A program made the translations under genes and the position numbers. The notes under the pieces are model-generated. The model was not told the DNA's origin. It searched no databases and saw only the letters and a program-made list of their open reading frames with translations. Shown one piece after another: positions 25,293 through 38,000 of a stretch of 64,000 nucleotides of DNA. Source of the DNA: Phallusia mammillata (lineage: Eukaryota); the NCBI GenBank assembly GCA_965637545.1, contig OZ281498.1, positions 13,640,001 to 13,704,000 of the forward strand, given 5' to 3'. Position 1 is the stretch's first letter, and each line of letters opens with the position of its first letter.

Positions 25293-28044
25293 AATGACCG
25301 ACCTGATACGAGTTCCAAGTTGTTTTTGTTTGATTTTCCGCGCATGATTGAAGCCGTGTTTAAGTTCCTTTCTCATCTGGCGATTTAGCCACTGTTTGTT
25401 GCACTATGTAGCTGAATATATCAAACACAGGCCTTCTAAGTATCTTCTGTGTTGTGTGTTTTTGATTCATGTGAAAGCATTGGAAGTGCAAAGCGACCGC
25501 AAATTTTCTGACCTTCACCGGGTGCCCATTTTCGTGTCCAGTTTCTATTCCAAACAATCCAGTGTGCTATTTTTGGTTTTGTGATAACGACACTGTCTGC
25601 ATCAGATAAAGCGACGGTTAAGGTTACATTCATTCAGCCGCTCCTTGTGGCGAATTCAAACCTTTAGCCCCAGCGGGCATGTTTAGCATTTTGCTGTATC
25701 TGCATTTCTGAGGTCCATGAGGCCAAAAACGCACAGTTTGCTGCGTTTTTCTAGGTTACCTATACACATCGTGTTTTACCGAGTTTATGTCCACGCTATT
25801 TTAACGAAAAACATTTTATCGTGTTAGCGTTGAGGTATAACCACTTTCTTTATCTTCGCTTATACTCTTTGTACTGTGACCCCTATTCTGTTGTGTACAG
25901 CGGCCTTGTGTAGTTAGTATCGGCCTGTGTGCAGTTCCATAACTTGTATATATCCTGATTTGTTTCGTGTGACCGCTTATATGCGATCGTGATGTTCCAC
26001 CGCCTTACTGATACGTAATCCAACAGCTCTTCAATGGCGGCTCGGAAGACCGAACGTCAACTCGCAAAGTTCCATGATTTTAAAATGTTCATTGATCAAG
26101 TCCTTGTTTTTGGCGCTTTTGGTTCCATGACTTCATGTTTTCTTTTTTTTTTCTTTTCGGCAAGGCGTTACGACATCCTGAATTTGCATTGTGCCTGCAA
26201 GGTTATGTGCTCCTGTTTATTTGAACGTAGTGAACAACCTACGTTTAATCTGGTTAATATTTCAGACCTATATAATAATGTACAATCTTACGGCTCTAAT
26301 AGTACCTTGTGCGATGGTTTCTTTTATTATGGTGTATATGACAGTATCTTGTGTTTTCGTTACTTTTCGCATTGTTTGCAGGATTTTAAATTTTGCAGCC
26401 CTAGCGTTTGGGGCATGGACTTAGTGCATTATATCACAATAGTTGCGTTGACATTTTCCGCGTTCCCCGTGGCAACAAACAAACCAGTCTTGTCGAATAT
26501 TTGTTCGCCAGTGTTATATCGCCAGCACATAGCGCCCTAGGCAGCAGCTGCAGCAGCAATACTCGCGGAATCCTTATTTATTTTCGCTTGATTCCATTGT
26601 GGAAGTAACCATACCGTTTTTTTTCCACGCTAACAAATCCAGTAAAAGTGCAACACTAAATCTAATTTTCAACGTTTGGTGCGCCTACGACGTGCTGGTC
26701 CAACGTCTGTTGTCGCATGATACTGTAAAATATGAAAAAAACTTGTCCCAGTTTAGTGCCCGTTTCATGGTTTTTAGTCGGATGCCCCCGCATACGGTCA
26801 TTCGCTTTTCGCTCGAGATACCAAGTATCTCCGCACGCTGCTGCCCGAAAGCTTACCCCGTCGTGCCTTACATGTAGGCTCGTTTAATATCAAAAACAAC
26901 CAGCGTATATTCCTAATCACCGCCATGTTGCTCTCACGCCTTTGCCCGTTTTAACGGCTCGGCTCATTTGTACATAAATGCAGAATTGGTGTTTGTATTT
27001 TCCTAACCCGCGTACAATGTTTTGTCGCTACCGGCGAAGTTTCTTCTTTCCCCTGTTTGGATACCAGTAGCAAAATTCGTTTATTAGGTTTGTCCAACCC
27101 TACAGCAGGACCATCTTCAGCGACGAAATACCGAACCACTAAACGTATTTTTTCGGAAAAAATAAGTCTTGTTAATACCTTCGTCAAAGGTTTTTTCGTT
27201 TTTAATTAAACTTTAAGATGGTCCTGTAATTTACGCACCGAATCAATGTAGTTGAGTAACTCTGCACTCCCATCATTTCTGCGCGCTACAAAATCATGCT
27301 TAAACACGGCCTAGTCGTGTAGCACGATAACGTAGAGCTCCGCAAAACTTAGTTGAAGCACGTCCGTGTTTCCTATTGCTTCGCGCGATCCCCCACACTG
27401 AGGGTCTGAAAGACGACAAACTTAGCTAATTGTTGCAAACTTGTGATTGCACCCTTGTACAGTAGCAATATCTGGACATAAATCGTTCAACGATGTGAGT
27501 CTAGAATTTAAGTCATTTGTTCTTCTTCGATTTTAAGGGCTTTTAACGTTTTAAGGCAGGATTTTTAATCTTTACCCGGTTTTAACTTCCTGTTTCCATT
27601 GTGTACGTTACTGTTTAAAGTTTTACAAGTTTATCTCTGTCGGATGTTTTATGAGAAGACGTTTGGTTCTAATTTTTCCATGCTAGCTTGTAATTTCTAA
27701 TTTGTGAACAATTAACACTTTTAAAGTTAAACATTATTCTATTCTTTTTATTGGACACGTTTTGAATCATTGTAATTGTGTTGGGTAATTCTTGTTTTGT
27801 TTCGCACATACCAATACTGTTACCATTACATTACTATTACAAGAAATGATTAACTTCCGTGATTTGTACAGATAGCTAATACTAAAGTACCATGGCCATT
27901 TTGACAGTTCGTTTCATGAAACAGATCAATGTTTGATTATATGTAAACTTTTTAGCAGGAAAAGGAAACAAAAACACAAATGCCTATTATCAGTTTCTTA
28001 TTACTTTCTAAGACCGTTGTTAATATTCCATCACTTGACAGAAG

Positions 28045-28050
28045 TTTATT
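28045..28050 (-). terminator. Candidate AATAAA poly(A) signal for anosmin
   Basis: tttatt on the + strand 85 nt past the anosmin stop. Confidence 0.4.
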
Positions 28051-28103
28051 ATAATATCGAAAACAAAATAGTGACTGTGTGTCATGGTCATGCCAGGTTA
28101 CAA

Positions 28104-28121
28104 AATAAACAACACAATAAA
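28104..28121 (+). terminator. Candidate AATAAA signals (28104-28109, 28116-28121) ending a long MBNL 3'UTR
   Basis: Two AATAAA hexamers follow a long U-rich 3'UTR-like tract (27500-27900). Confidence 0.3.
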
Positions 28122-28134
28122 TATGCTGATGTTT

Positions 28135-31100
28135 CTAAGGAAATTGTATAATGGACTCTGATCCGTTTCTTCGATCTGCAAACACAGGAAGTATGTGCGC
28201 AAAGTAATTTGAACTTTCCTCAACATCTGATATTTTCCAGTACGGTACGGCCTAAAAAATCGTATAGGTGGTTGCTTTAGAACAATTTGGTTAGAACGGA
28301 TTTTGACAATAATTTATGTGGCCGAAGTTATTTGCAAAAACTTATCAAACTCTTCACCGTTCACTAAATTTAGTGATGCACCTGATATTTATTATCCCTG
28401 TTTAAAATACGTCTTACGGGTACGGGTAGTTTTTTTGGGGGGGAGGTTCTAACGCTTAAATCCTCATCAGTTTTGTTCTGATTGTCAAAACAAAAATGCC
28501 AGAGAAAAAAATTTCCTTGTTTAAATAACAGCAACACATTCTTACTTTGACGGGAATAGTTGTCCAAGTAATGTTTGTTTCCTTTTTTCCTACGGTGTAA
28601 TAAACAAAATACCCCAGTAGTTGTTGATTAGTAGCAATCTCGGCAAACTCGGGATTCTTCCAACTTAATAAAGTTGACGATGAGGACTTGAGTTGAGTTT
28701 GTCCAACTTTCCGAGGTTTGCTTGAAACTTTTCCTGGAGCAAAAGAATAGTATTAAGTTTTGCAACCACAAATATAGTATGTTATAAAACTGGCCATAAT
28801 TCATTTACTTCATTGTCCGGTTGAAAGTAACATGACGCACACGTTAAAAAGTACACTAGGCCTGTAAGAAGCGTGATACCAAATTAAGCTGGTCTCCCGA
28901 GCATCTTCATGCGGCATTACGTAAGTTAGAAAAAGCCGTATATTTAGCAAACCTTTGAGAGGTGTAGGTGGCGCAAACAGCACGAACTCCTATTTAAAAC
29001 GAAATATGTCTAAAATGCTGACGGGTAGGGCTATTTGGGTTGGAGTAAGGTAAAATTATTAAAAGTTAATAAAACTTGAAAACTTTGTTTCTAATGCACT
29101 TTTTTTAAAAACTTACTTTTCAACCTATTTTAGCTGCTCAAGTGATAATGATATTTAGCTCTTTGCGCCTTTGTCAAAATTTAGCTAAAGGTGCGGCTGA
29201 CAGTAGCTCTACCAAGAATTTTCTTTCAAACAAAAAGATTGCACACGACATATCATTTACCCACCTATTTGACACGAGTCATTTTGTGTTATAGCGAGTA
29301 TTGGCTCGAGTACGCCACAAGTTGGAGTAGCAAATGACACAACAGATCTTCCAGACCATTGGTTGCGCAGTGAACCATACCAGGCTTCCACCGATATTTT
29401 ATATCTACATCCCATTTGCAGATCACTTAACAAAAATCGAACATTCTGTGGACAAAAGGTGCGTTACGAAACAAATATAATACATATAGCGAACCTGTTT
29501 CACATAAGTTACGAAAACCATGAATACATTTTGCTCTGTGTGTTCTGTACAATCATAAGATATATTATATTGAAAAACGTTTGACCATGATATCACTGGT
29601 TTATGACTATTTGGAAAGAAAGTTTATCACACCAATCACTTAACAGCTCATCTTTTAACACATATAATAAGCTTGAATGCCATGGACAACGAAGGGTTGA
29701 ACTACATTGAGGTCAAGTCAGACTTATTGTGAGCATTACGCTTTCAGACGTTACCTGTCCATTTGAGACAAAAATTAAACAAACCTAACAAATACAAATT
29801 TGAAATGAAAAACAAACACGAGCGTAATGGGATTGTCGCTTGTAACTACGTTAAAAAGCTTGCGCGAGATTAATTGCTTTATACCGTGATATATTGGGTA
29901 TTTCAGTGGGTATTTCTAAGTAAATTCACTTACACTTGTGAGGTCTTGCTCTGTGGTCTTAGCAACTGAGCCATCCAGACACGACCGACGCTCCCACTCG
30001 ACCATAAATCGGACTATGCTCTCTGGCGCCTCTACACAAGTAAGTTGTATGACTTTCAGCGTTCAGTTGAGTTACAGGGGCAATTCCATAATATGGTTGC
30101 ACCTTTTTTCAAATATCACTGCTGAAATAAACCTTGTCAATATAAAAAGGTTACCTGTGAATCTGAAATGCCAGGAAACATTTACATCAACCACGTTTTC
30201 GCGAATAACAAACGGCGTTTCTATTTTCAAGTTGATAATTTCTTCACTTGGTCTTAAATGTGGAAATGTCACTAAAACAGATCATTTTTATTTTTGCTTT
30301 GTTCCCATACTTAATAAACGTTCGTACCTGTTATGACTGTTGCAGTGCTAAACAAGGTACCATTATTCCAGCCGCTAGATGCCACTACAGAGACGCTGTA
30401 ACGGGCAAAAAGTCGCAATTTCTTAATCCACAAAGTCCATTGAGTGCTCTTGTATATTCGCATTTTTGGAGCAATTTTGTAGAAACTTCTCTTTACTGAG
30501 TGACGAATGTGGTTTCCGTTTTTGCCAATCTGATGCCATGTCACATGAAATCCTGTAAAAATTTCACAACAGCTTGTTTATCTAAGCTTGTAGAATGATG
30601 GTATGCTTGGATTTCAATCCGTGACAAACGTCGAATAGCACGAACGCTCAACAAAATTTGCTGAACTGTTATTTCCCGCATATATTAAAATAAATCTCCA
30701 TTAGCTTAAAAAGCTCTGCTGGATTAGAAATTTCTCAGCTTAAAAACTTTTGCAACTTGAAAGAAGCCGAGTTTTTTAATGAATAATAAATGCATATCGA
30801 ATGTGTACGACTGTCATTTTTTTCTAACTTAAAGTTTAAATGATGCTGAGCAACCCCTGCTGTGTGGGCTGAATGAAGAAAATCACTCAGACAGGTAATC
30901 GTTAAGTGTTGGACATTGACTTCCTGCTTGGCGGCGATCACGGCGCATCTGCTGCCTTACAAGCAGCGAAAATGAATAGAATAACTTGCGTCGACGGATC
31001 ATGCAGGAATTTCTGAGCGTCACGGTTGACATTTACGAATGAATGAGGTTAGTGATAGATCGTTGTTGAAACTGGTGCAACGCCAATCAAGCAAATACTT

Positions 31101-33144
31101 CCACTGAAATATGTGTCCAAGGGCGAAGTTTAACCCACTTTTACGTCACCTGCGACTGACTTTTGAAAAAGTCTTCATGTAATGATATGAAAACACAAGC
31201 CTTGGCGAATGTATAATCGTCTATCACCGGAACTACATACATATAAAAGCTATAACTTTGCACATATTACCTCTGATAGGCAAATCGCTGTCCGCGTAAT
31301 TAGGTAGTTTCCATCGAAGTTGCAGATTATATTTTGCACCACTTAAAATCCGAATGCTTACTTGTTCAAGATCACTGGGCCCAGGAGGTCGACGAGGTGC
31401 TGGAAGGCACAATAAATTTTATTACATGCAGTTGTAATAAAGCATTTAAAAAGAGTGTCCAACTTATTTTTGTCAAACAAATGTTCTGCTATCTGTAATG
31501 ATCCAATGTTACCGTACAGCGTTACAAAGAAGGACGCCGTCAAAACTTTTGTAGCTAATTTTTCTTGACCCTCTTAGTTTTTAAATCAAACCGCGCTTTG
31601 ATTCCAACCGTTTGAAAGCAAAGTGCACGATTCGTCGGTGTAACTGTAATTGAATGCAGCACTTGCCCGCTGACAGTTTGAATGGTTGTTGGAGGACCGA
31701 AAAGCCTTTGGTGCCGTTAACGTTGACTGCTGCGACACGAAATTTGTACCAATACCCACGACGTAGATGGACAAGAGTCAACCTCTTGTCTGCAGTCTGC
31801 AAAATAGAAATAAAACTTCGGGCCACGAGTATTTTAGTTAGTGCATGAGTAGAAATTATCAGCATGTATACACAAGTTATATTAGTGCCAACAGTTGTAC
31901 CGACCGGATTGTACCTACCGGGTTTCTATTGCTAGAGGTGTTGTAATTTGTAATCAAAAACAAACACAAGAAAAACATGATTTTCTATATGTACCTGAAT
32001 AATTGTTTGCCATTTTCTAAACCGTTCAGGGATTCCTTTCGACAACTGCGATTGTTGTTGAACCAAAAACATTGTCCATGGTGGATAAATCTGTCATTAT
32101 TTTACAACTATTTTATTTTTATTTTTAGCGCATGTTAACACTGCAAACAGATCGTACGTGTGCATTTTTCTGATGCCAATACAAAACAGCTGTCTGCTGG
32201 TCGGGGCGTTCTCGTATTCGAACGCAGTCTCGTTCCAATCTCTTTGGGAGCCACGATTTTCTTACCATTGGTCGTTGACAGGTTTGCTGACAGTCCATCA
32301 CACAACACTTAAAAAACAAAAATACATATATTCGGACGACATATGGCAAATAACATAAGTTACTAACTTTTCTATTGCTTTTGCAATCGTAATCCCCTCC
32401 ACATGATGAAGTGCACGAGGATTGACCAATCGACGTATTTTCGTGTCCAAACGATTGTGACACCAAAGTATCTGCTGGCATTATCACAGCAGGAGCAGAA
32501 CAGTAACCCATTTTCATCCCGCTTATGTCATTAAAATATGCGCAACTGAAAGGGAAAAGTCTTATAATGTGGCAACTGAAAAATATTCAATTTTATCGAT
32601 GCGTTATATTTTTTTGTTCAGTACTTGACGATAAAACTATTTTAAAGCCAATTGCTGCCCAGAAAATCTTTTTTTAAATCGTATTGTTTGTCACCTGTAC
32701 ATACACTCTAAGTTCCCATCACAATACTGCATGCACATCGGTAGTGTTCCGAAATGGCGCGTACAGGGTTGTATACAGGAAGCACACTTAGACGAAGATG
32801 CAAAAACGCAAGATCTGTACGAGTTCAACTGCACACAAAAAATATGATTAGGATTGACACAAAAACAAACGTAGCCTATGTTCTTTTACCTTAGTTGAGT
32901 TGTTAGAATGCAAACTTACTGCAGATATTTCGTCAGCGTAGTTTTGCAGACAACTAGAGAAAAAACTAATTATTATTCTGTTCATTAAACTGAATCAATT
33001 TCAAATATATTTTTACAAATAAATTTACCGAGAAATACATCTGGTTCCTTGCAAAATGAGATGATCCGCGTTTTTCATACAGTTGGAAACTACAAGTGTT
33101 GCAAATCCAATTGCAATAAATAAGAACCATCTACCGATAAACAT
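28135..33144 (-). CDS. ANOS1: Anosmin-1 (KAL1) orthologue: signal peptide, Cys-rich box, WAP domain, four FnIII repeats (~660 aa)
   Basis: Exons (5' to 3') 33144-33029, 32953-32920 (or -32890), 32828-32695, 32545-32368, 32307-32158, 32090-31995, 31796-31667, 31399-31271, 30552-30328, 30271-30155, 30031-29934, 29445-29265, 28733-28546, 28477-28382 (or -28418), 28251-28135; phases consistent. Signal MFIGRWFLFIAIGFATLVVSNC; Cys box KCASCIQPC...CMQYC...ECMYSC; 8-Cys WAP (KMGYC...CTSSC..DYDCKSNRKCCVMDCQQTCQRP); FnIII-1 WQTIIQ|TADKRLTLVHLRRGYWYKFRVAAVNVNGTKGF, matching the anosmin FRVAAVNVHGTRGF motif. Confidence 0.9.
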
Positions 33145-34255
33145 ATTTCCAAAGTTTTTATTCGGCTCACAGGTTTTGAATTCACTAAAGACTACTGATT
33201 TTAAAGCTGCCAAGTGTGTTAGAAGCTTCGAAATAAAAACATGAAAGTTTTACGATCGAACGATCGATTGCCTTTATGGAATCCTCAAAGGAATAAGTTA
33301 ATCTCGTTATCCATGGCGCTTGTCTCTTATGGAGGGCAATTAGGCAGATCAATTAATGAAAGCGGGACCCAATAATCAAAAGAGTTGTAAATCAATGCCA
33401 CCCAGATAGAGGCAAGGAAAAGAAGTTCTGTACATAAATTTGTCTTCAGTATTAGTTGCTTTCATACACTTAACTTTCGTGAAAAACAGTTTGTGATTGT
33501 TTGTAAAATATATTATCCTAAATTTCCTCTTATTATCCTAAAAATATCGTAGCTCTTCTCTCAAATCACCACTTACTAGACATTGGAATCCATTACTCAA
33601 ACTGTAAAATTTATTTACGAAACTCCGATGCTGCATCGTGTAGTAGTGGTAGAGTTCAAGGCGACATTTAAACACACCAAACTGTTGGCCACAGACAAAA
33701 CAAAAGCAAGCAAGACTGATGCAAAGCGAAAAACACATATGCTGCAGAAGATATTTCATTAACTACAAAAAATCGCAACTACTACTTCAATGAAAAGCAG
33801 CCGGGCCGGGTTAGTAGGGGAATATACGTAGAATAATAATAATGTGGAATTTGTACAGAGGGCTACCACATAGAGGCTTTGATCGCTGCACTCGCGTGGC
33901 GTAATAATACTGCAAAGTCCGTAATGATGAAAACGGCTGGTCAGATGTGTTTACTGTATCATGACAACAGCCCCGAATGGTTGTTAGTCGCGTGAGGCGT
34001 TAGTGTGGTGAGAATACATGCATGCATGCGGATTGGTTATAGAGGGGGTGGACGATTGCATAAAAGGCAACACTGCTTCTTGAAAACAAAGGGACCAAGA
34101 ACTTTAAGTCTGCGCAAATGTTGGGACACGGAGTTAAGGAAGCTGAAGCAAGGTTATTGGTTAGTTCTATTTTCTACAAAAATGTTAGGGGGTAAAGCGG
34201 ATCGCACTATGGTGATGTGAAATTATAAACTGGTGTGAAAGGCAAAAATTATTCA

Positions 34256-34261
34256 TTTATT
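34256..34261 (-). terminator. Candidate AATAAA poly(A) signal for alpha1(IV)
   Basis: tttatt on the + strand ~750 nt past the stop codon. Confidence 0.35.
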
Positions 34262-35002
34262 GTTTGAAACGGTGTGACGTTAACAGAAACAAATGCTAAC
34301 ACCGTAACCCTGGTACTTCTGCATCAACCAACCAGTCTATTTTATCGAAATCGCAAACCTTACACGGGTTAATTTAGTGTTAGCAACAAAAAACGTAATT
34401 CTAAACAGAAAAGCGAAAGAGAGAAGAGGGTAACACACAAAGGAAGGTGCCAAAAGAGAAGCATGTAGATGTACCAACTAAATGCTTTAAAATACAAAAA
34501 GTGCGCCAGATGGTATAAGTTCTAGTGCGTAGCATAGAATTTTTCTCCTGTGCATTTAGCTCGTTACCCAAAAAAGTTTGCAGAAACGTTATTCGTTATG
34601 CTGATGCACAAAACAAAAGGCTTGGTGAGGGACGCAAGAAAGCAAATGACACAAACCACACATAACAAATATAATGCACTGCTAACAAACTGCAATTGGC
34701 ATTCATTATAGTAATACACGCGTAACGGATAAAGACCCTTAAAACGAACGAACAACATCAAAACAATGGTTAATGGCAGGTCATCTCGCTTCGCCACATA
34801 AAACACTTTAAATAACAAACAAACATAGACAAAAGGTAGCAACCCGATCCTGGGCAGGTTTCTAGGAGCCACTTAACGTTTAAAAGCACTGTAAGGGTAA
34901 AATGAAAGCGCAGTGTCGGCGAAATTTAATCGTCCTAAGCTTGTCACACATTGCTGTCAGTTGTGCGGCCCCACAGACGTGACTTTATGCTGGAAGATAA
35001 GT

Positions 35003-38000
35003 TCAACCCTGACTTGCGACGTCAGCCCGTGCGTGGTGCCGACGAGAAGAGCGACTGTGATGACGTGCATCCGCCGATCGGCGCCGGTTCAGTGAGTTTG
35101 TGTCAAAGCTCCCTGTTGCGTCATCATCGTTACGCATGCATACCTGGCATCTACTGATGCGTTGCCGTAAAGTTCCAGCCTTCAGTGTCTCTGAAAGTGG
35201 TTGGCTGCAACGAAAAAGTTGCCAGTTACAGAGAGAGATTTAAGTTTTATCAAATTAACTGTGCTTATTTAGCATTTACACATTTTTTTTATTTCATGTC
35301 GAATTTCTGCAATATATTCTAAACGAAATACTGCTATGTTAATTAGTGTTATTTCAACACTTTTTGCAATGTTGTTGTTTTTTCTGCCCCTTTACAGCCC
35401 ACATAATCGTACAAAATCATCAATTGAAAACTTACGCAAACTGATTGTCGACGCCAATAGTGGCGAGCCAGAAACTGTATCCATTGGCATACTGGTTGCA
35501 TGTTCCACGACCGTGACACTCAAGGAAGGGACCAGCACGGAAATCTTCCAAGCAAGAACCTGGCGACTGCAATGACTGTCCACTGCCCTCGGCACCGGCA
35601 CCAGTGTGCTGTAGAAAATGAAGACATTGTTAAAAGATGTCGTGACTGAGTGAAATAACCGTAATAGCTTTTCTATGGATTAGCAAACGACTTGAAGAAA
35701 AAAAACTCGAAAATGATGCCATGCTTGTGAATATTTAAGGGTTTAGGCACTTTGTAGGAAGCCAAATGACTGCAATCACATAAAAAGAAACACACCTTTT
35801 CATAATCCCATATTTTTCTACATTTACGTTAAGCGCAATTACTTGATGCTCTTTCACCCATCCAAATTTTGCGTTTTTTATTACCTATCTCTTATCAAGC
35901 GAAGCTATAAATTCAGAAGGTGGACAAACGTTTCTTACCATGACAAAACTGTATCCTATCCAAAGGCTGACCCAACTGTCAGGGCAGTTGGGAATGATGT
36001 CAGATTGTGAATGGACAGCGATTGTGAGGGAAGGAGTTTCACAAACAGAACAACGGCTGATGTATGGTTCAATGTCGCTACCTGCAGCAAACATAAACAT
36101 TGATTGTTGACATGGTCGCGTTGTCGAAGTTCATAAGTTCACACAGCTGCGTGGGTACGTTGCTCGTATTTACAGGTTCAAAGTGTTCAATCTATTTTAA
36201 ATCTTTACAGACTTGGTGTAAACGATATTCTACTAACTGGGTTACGTAAATTTGCCAGCCACTTCAGACAGATCAAGTACCCGCTGATTATTTTATCAAC
36301 CAGTAAGTTCTGTTGACAGCATCACAACTTACCAGTAACAGCTTCCATTGACATTGGGAAGGGCTTGGGAGTGGCAAGCCAGTAAGAATAATCGTTTCTC
36401 GATGCGACCCGACAGTTGTTGTTCACATTGCAGAAGAGGAAAGGCATTGTGCTGAAGCGTCGCAGACACGAACCAGCCGTTCCTGAGCCAAAGTGCGGTT
36501 TTATGGTTTCGAACAGGTCTCTTAAGTGCATATTTTACCTCCGGCTAAATTAAAGCTCATATTGGTTTGCTATAAGTTTTTTTTTGCTTTATAATCAATG
36601 CAACTTGCTATTTGTAAGTTTGCAGCAAACTGTTGGCTTACCACCAGCGTTTTTATAGACTAGATAGAAAACAAGTGAAAAGCCAGATACTGTTTTCTAT
36701 CATACTATTTAACAAAATAACACATAATTATTCCCATACCCAAATCCTGGCCGTGTCCCCGTTCGTTTCCTTGCATAAACAACAACGAGTAACCGTTCCA
36801 CAACCGTCTCATTCCGAAAGGACATTCAGGTACATCGGCCGTTTGACTGTGGCGGGTGACGAAATATCCGTGAAAGAGGGCAGACACGCCAGGTTCACCA
36901 GGTGAACCGTCACGTCCAGGGCGACCGTCATTACCAGCCGGACCACGGTTACCTGTATAGACACAGGTGAACAATCGAAGTCAGACACAATGGACAAGTT
37001 AGACACAAACTTTGCTTGGATTTTCAAAAGCTGTTACTCGTAACGTTGGATTTACTCCACAAAACGTTTGTGTGTTTTCAAACTTTAAAATAAAACCGAA
37101 CATATACTTCTTATTTTTTGTCAAATTACAACCGCTCATTTGAAAGAAATGTATTTACTAAACGTTTTACTAACGCTATTGTCCATCATCCCGTTTACAA
37201 TACGGTTGCCTACAGAGTTTTTTTTTTAAATAACAGTTACTTTTGTCACCAATAGGTGCTAAGTAACCAGTAATTGGTGCAATACACTCGTTAACAAACT
37301 ACCACCCACCCAAAGGTCCTTGTGGCCCAGGTGATCCAACATCGCCTGACAGACCGGGAAGTCCAGGAATACCGTTCTGTCCAGGCTCGCCAGATTCACC
37401 GACTTGTCCTACAAATCCTTGTGGTCCAGGTTGTCCGGGTCTGCCGCGGGGTCCCTGTGGTCCGGTGTCACCCCTTCCCCCCTTTTGTCCTTGGGTTACA
37501 ATCGGAAGTGCATCAGCACCAGCAATACCAGTAGCACCTATAAATAACGCAGGTTACACATGAAGAATATTGAGAAAATGCTTTGTTAGAAATTTGTCAA
37601 ACACGAATTCCTTAACAACACGATTTTCGTTGTTGTAATGGACAACAGAGGTGGCTTATCGAGAAAATGTAAATGAACCTTTTTGTCCTTTGGATCCAAC
37701 CAATCCATCTTCACCAGGTCTTCCAATATCTCCAGGTGGACCGATCGGGCCTGGTAAACCTGTCAAACCAGCTTCACCAACATCGCCAGGTTCGCCAGGA
37801 AGACCGTCAAACCCATCTCTTCCCTGCAATTATACAAAGTTGGGGATTACAGTGGACATTGCCTTCCAAGGTGACCAACAACTGTTAAAATGCATACCGC
37901 GTTGCCGGGATTTCCCTTCAGACCGTTAAATCCGTCACGACCCGGAGAACCTTGTTCGCCTTTTTCGCCATCCTCGCCCTGTATACCAGTCAGTCCAGGT

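Noticed and set aside
25500-25610. Cys-rich frame LTFTGCPFSCPVSIPNNPVCYFWFCDNDTVCIR in the MBNL 3' region
   Set aside because: No CCCH spacing and no supported acceptor.
33145-34250. Possible tunicate-type operon of alpha1(IV) and anosmin
   Set aside because: About 1 kb separates the candidate poly(A) site from the anosmin start; ascidian operons typically lack such spacers.
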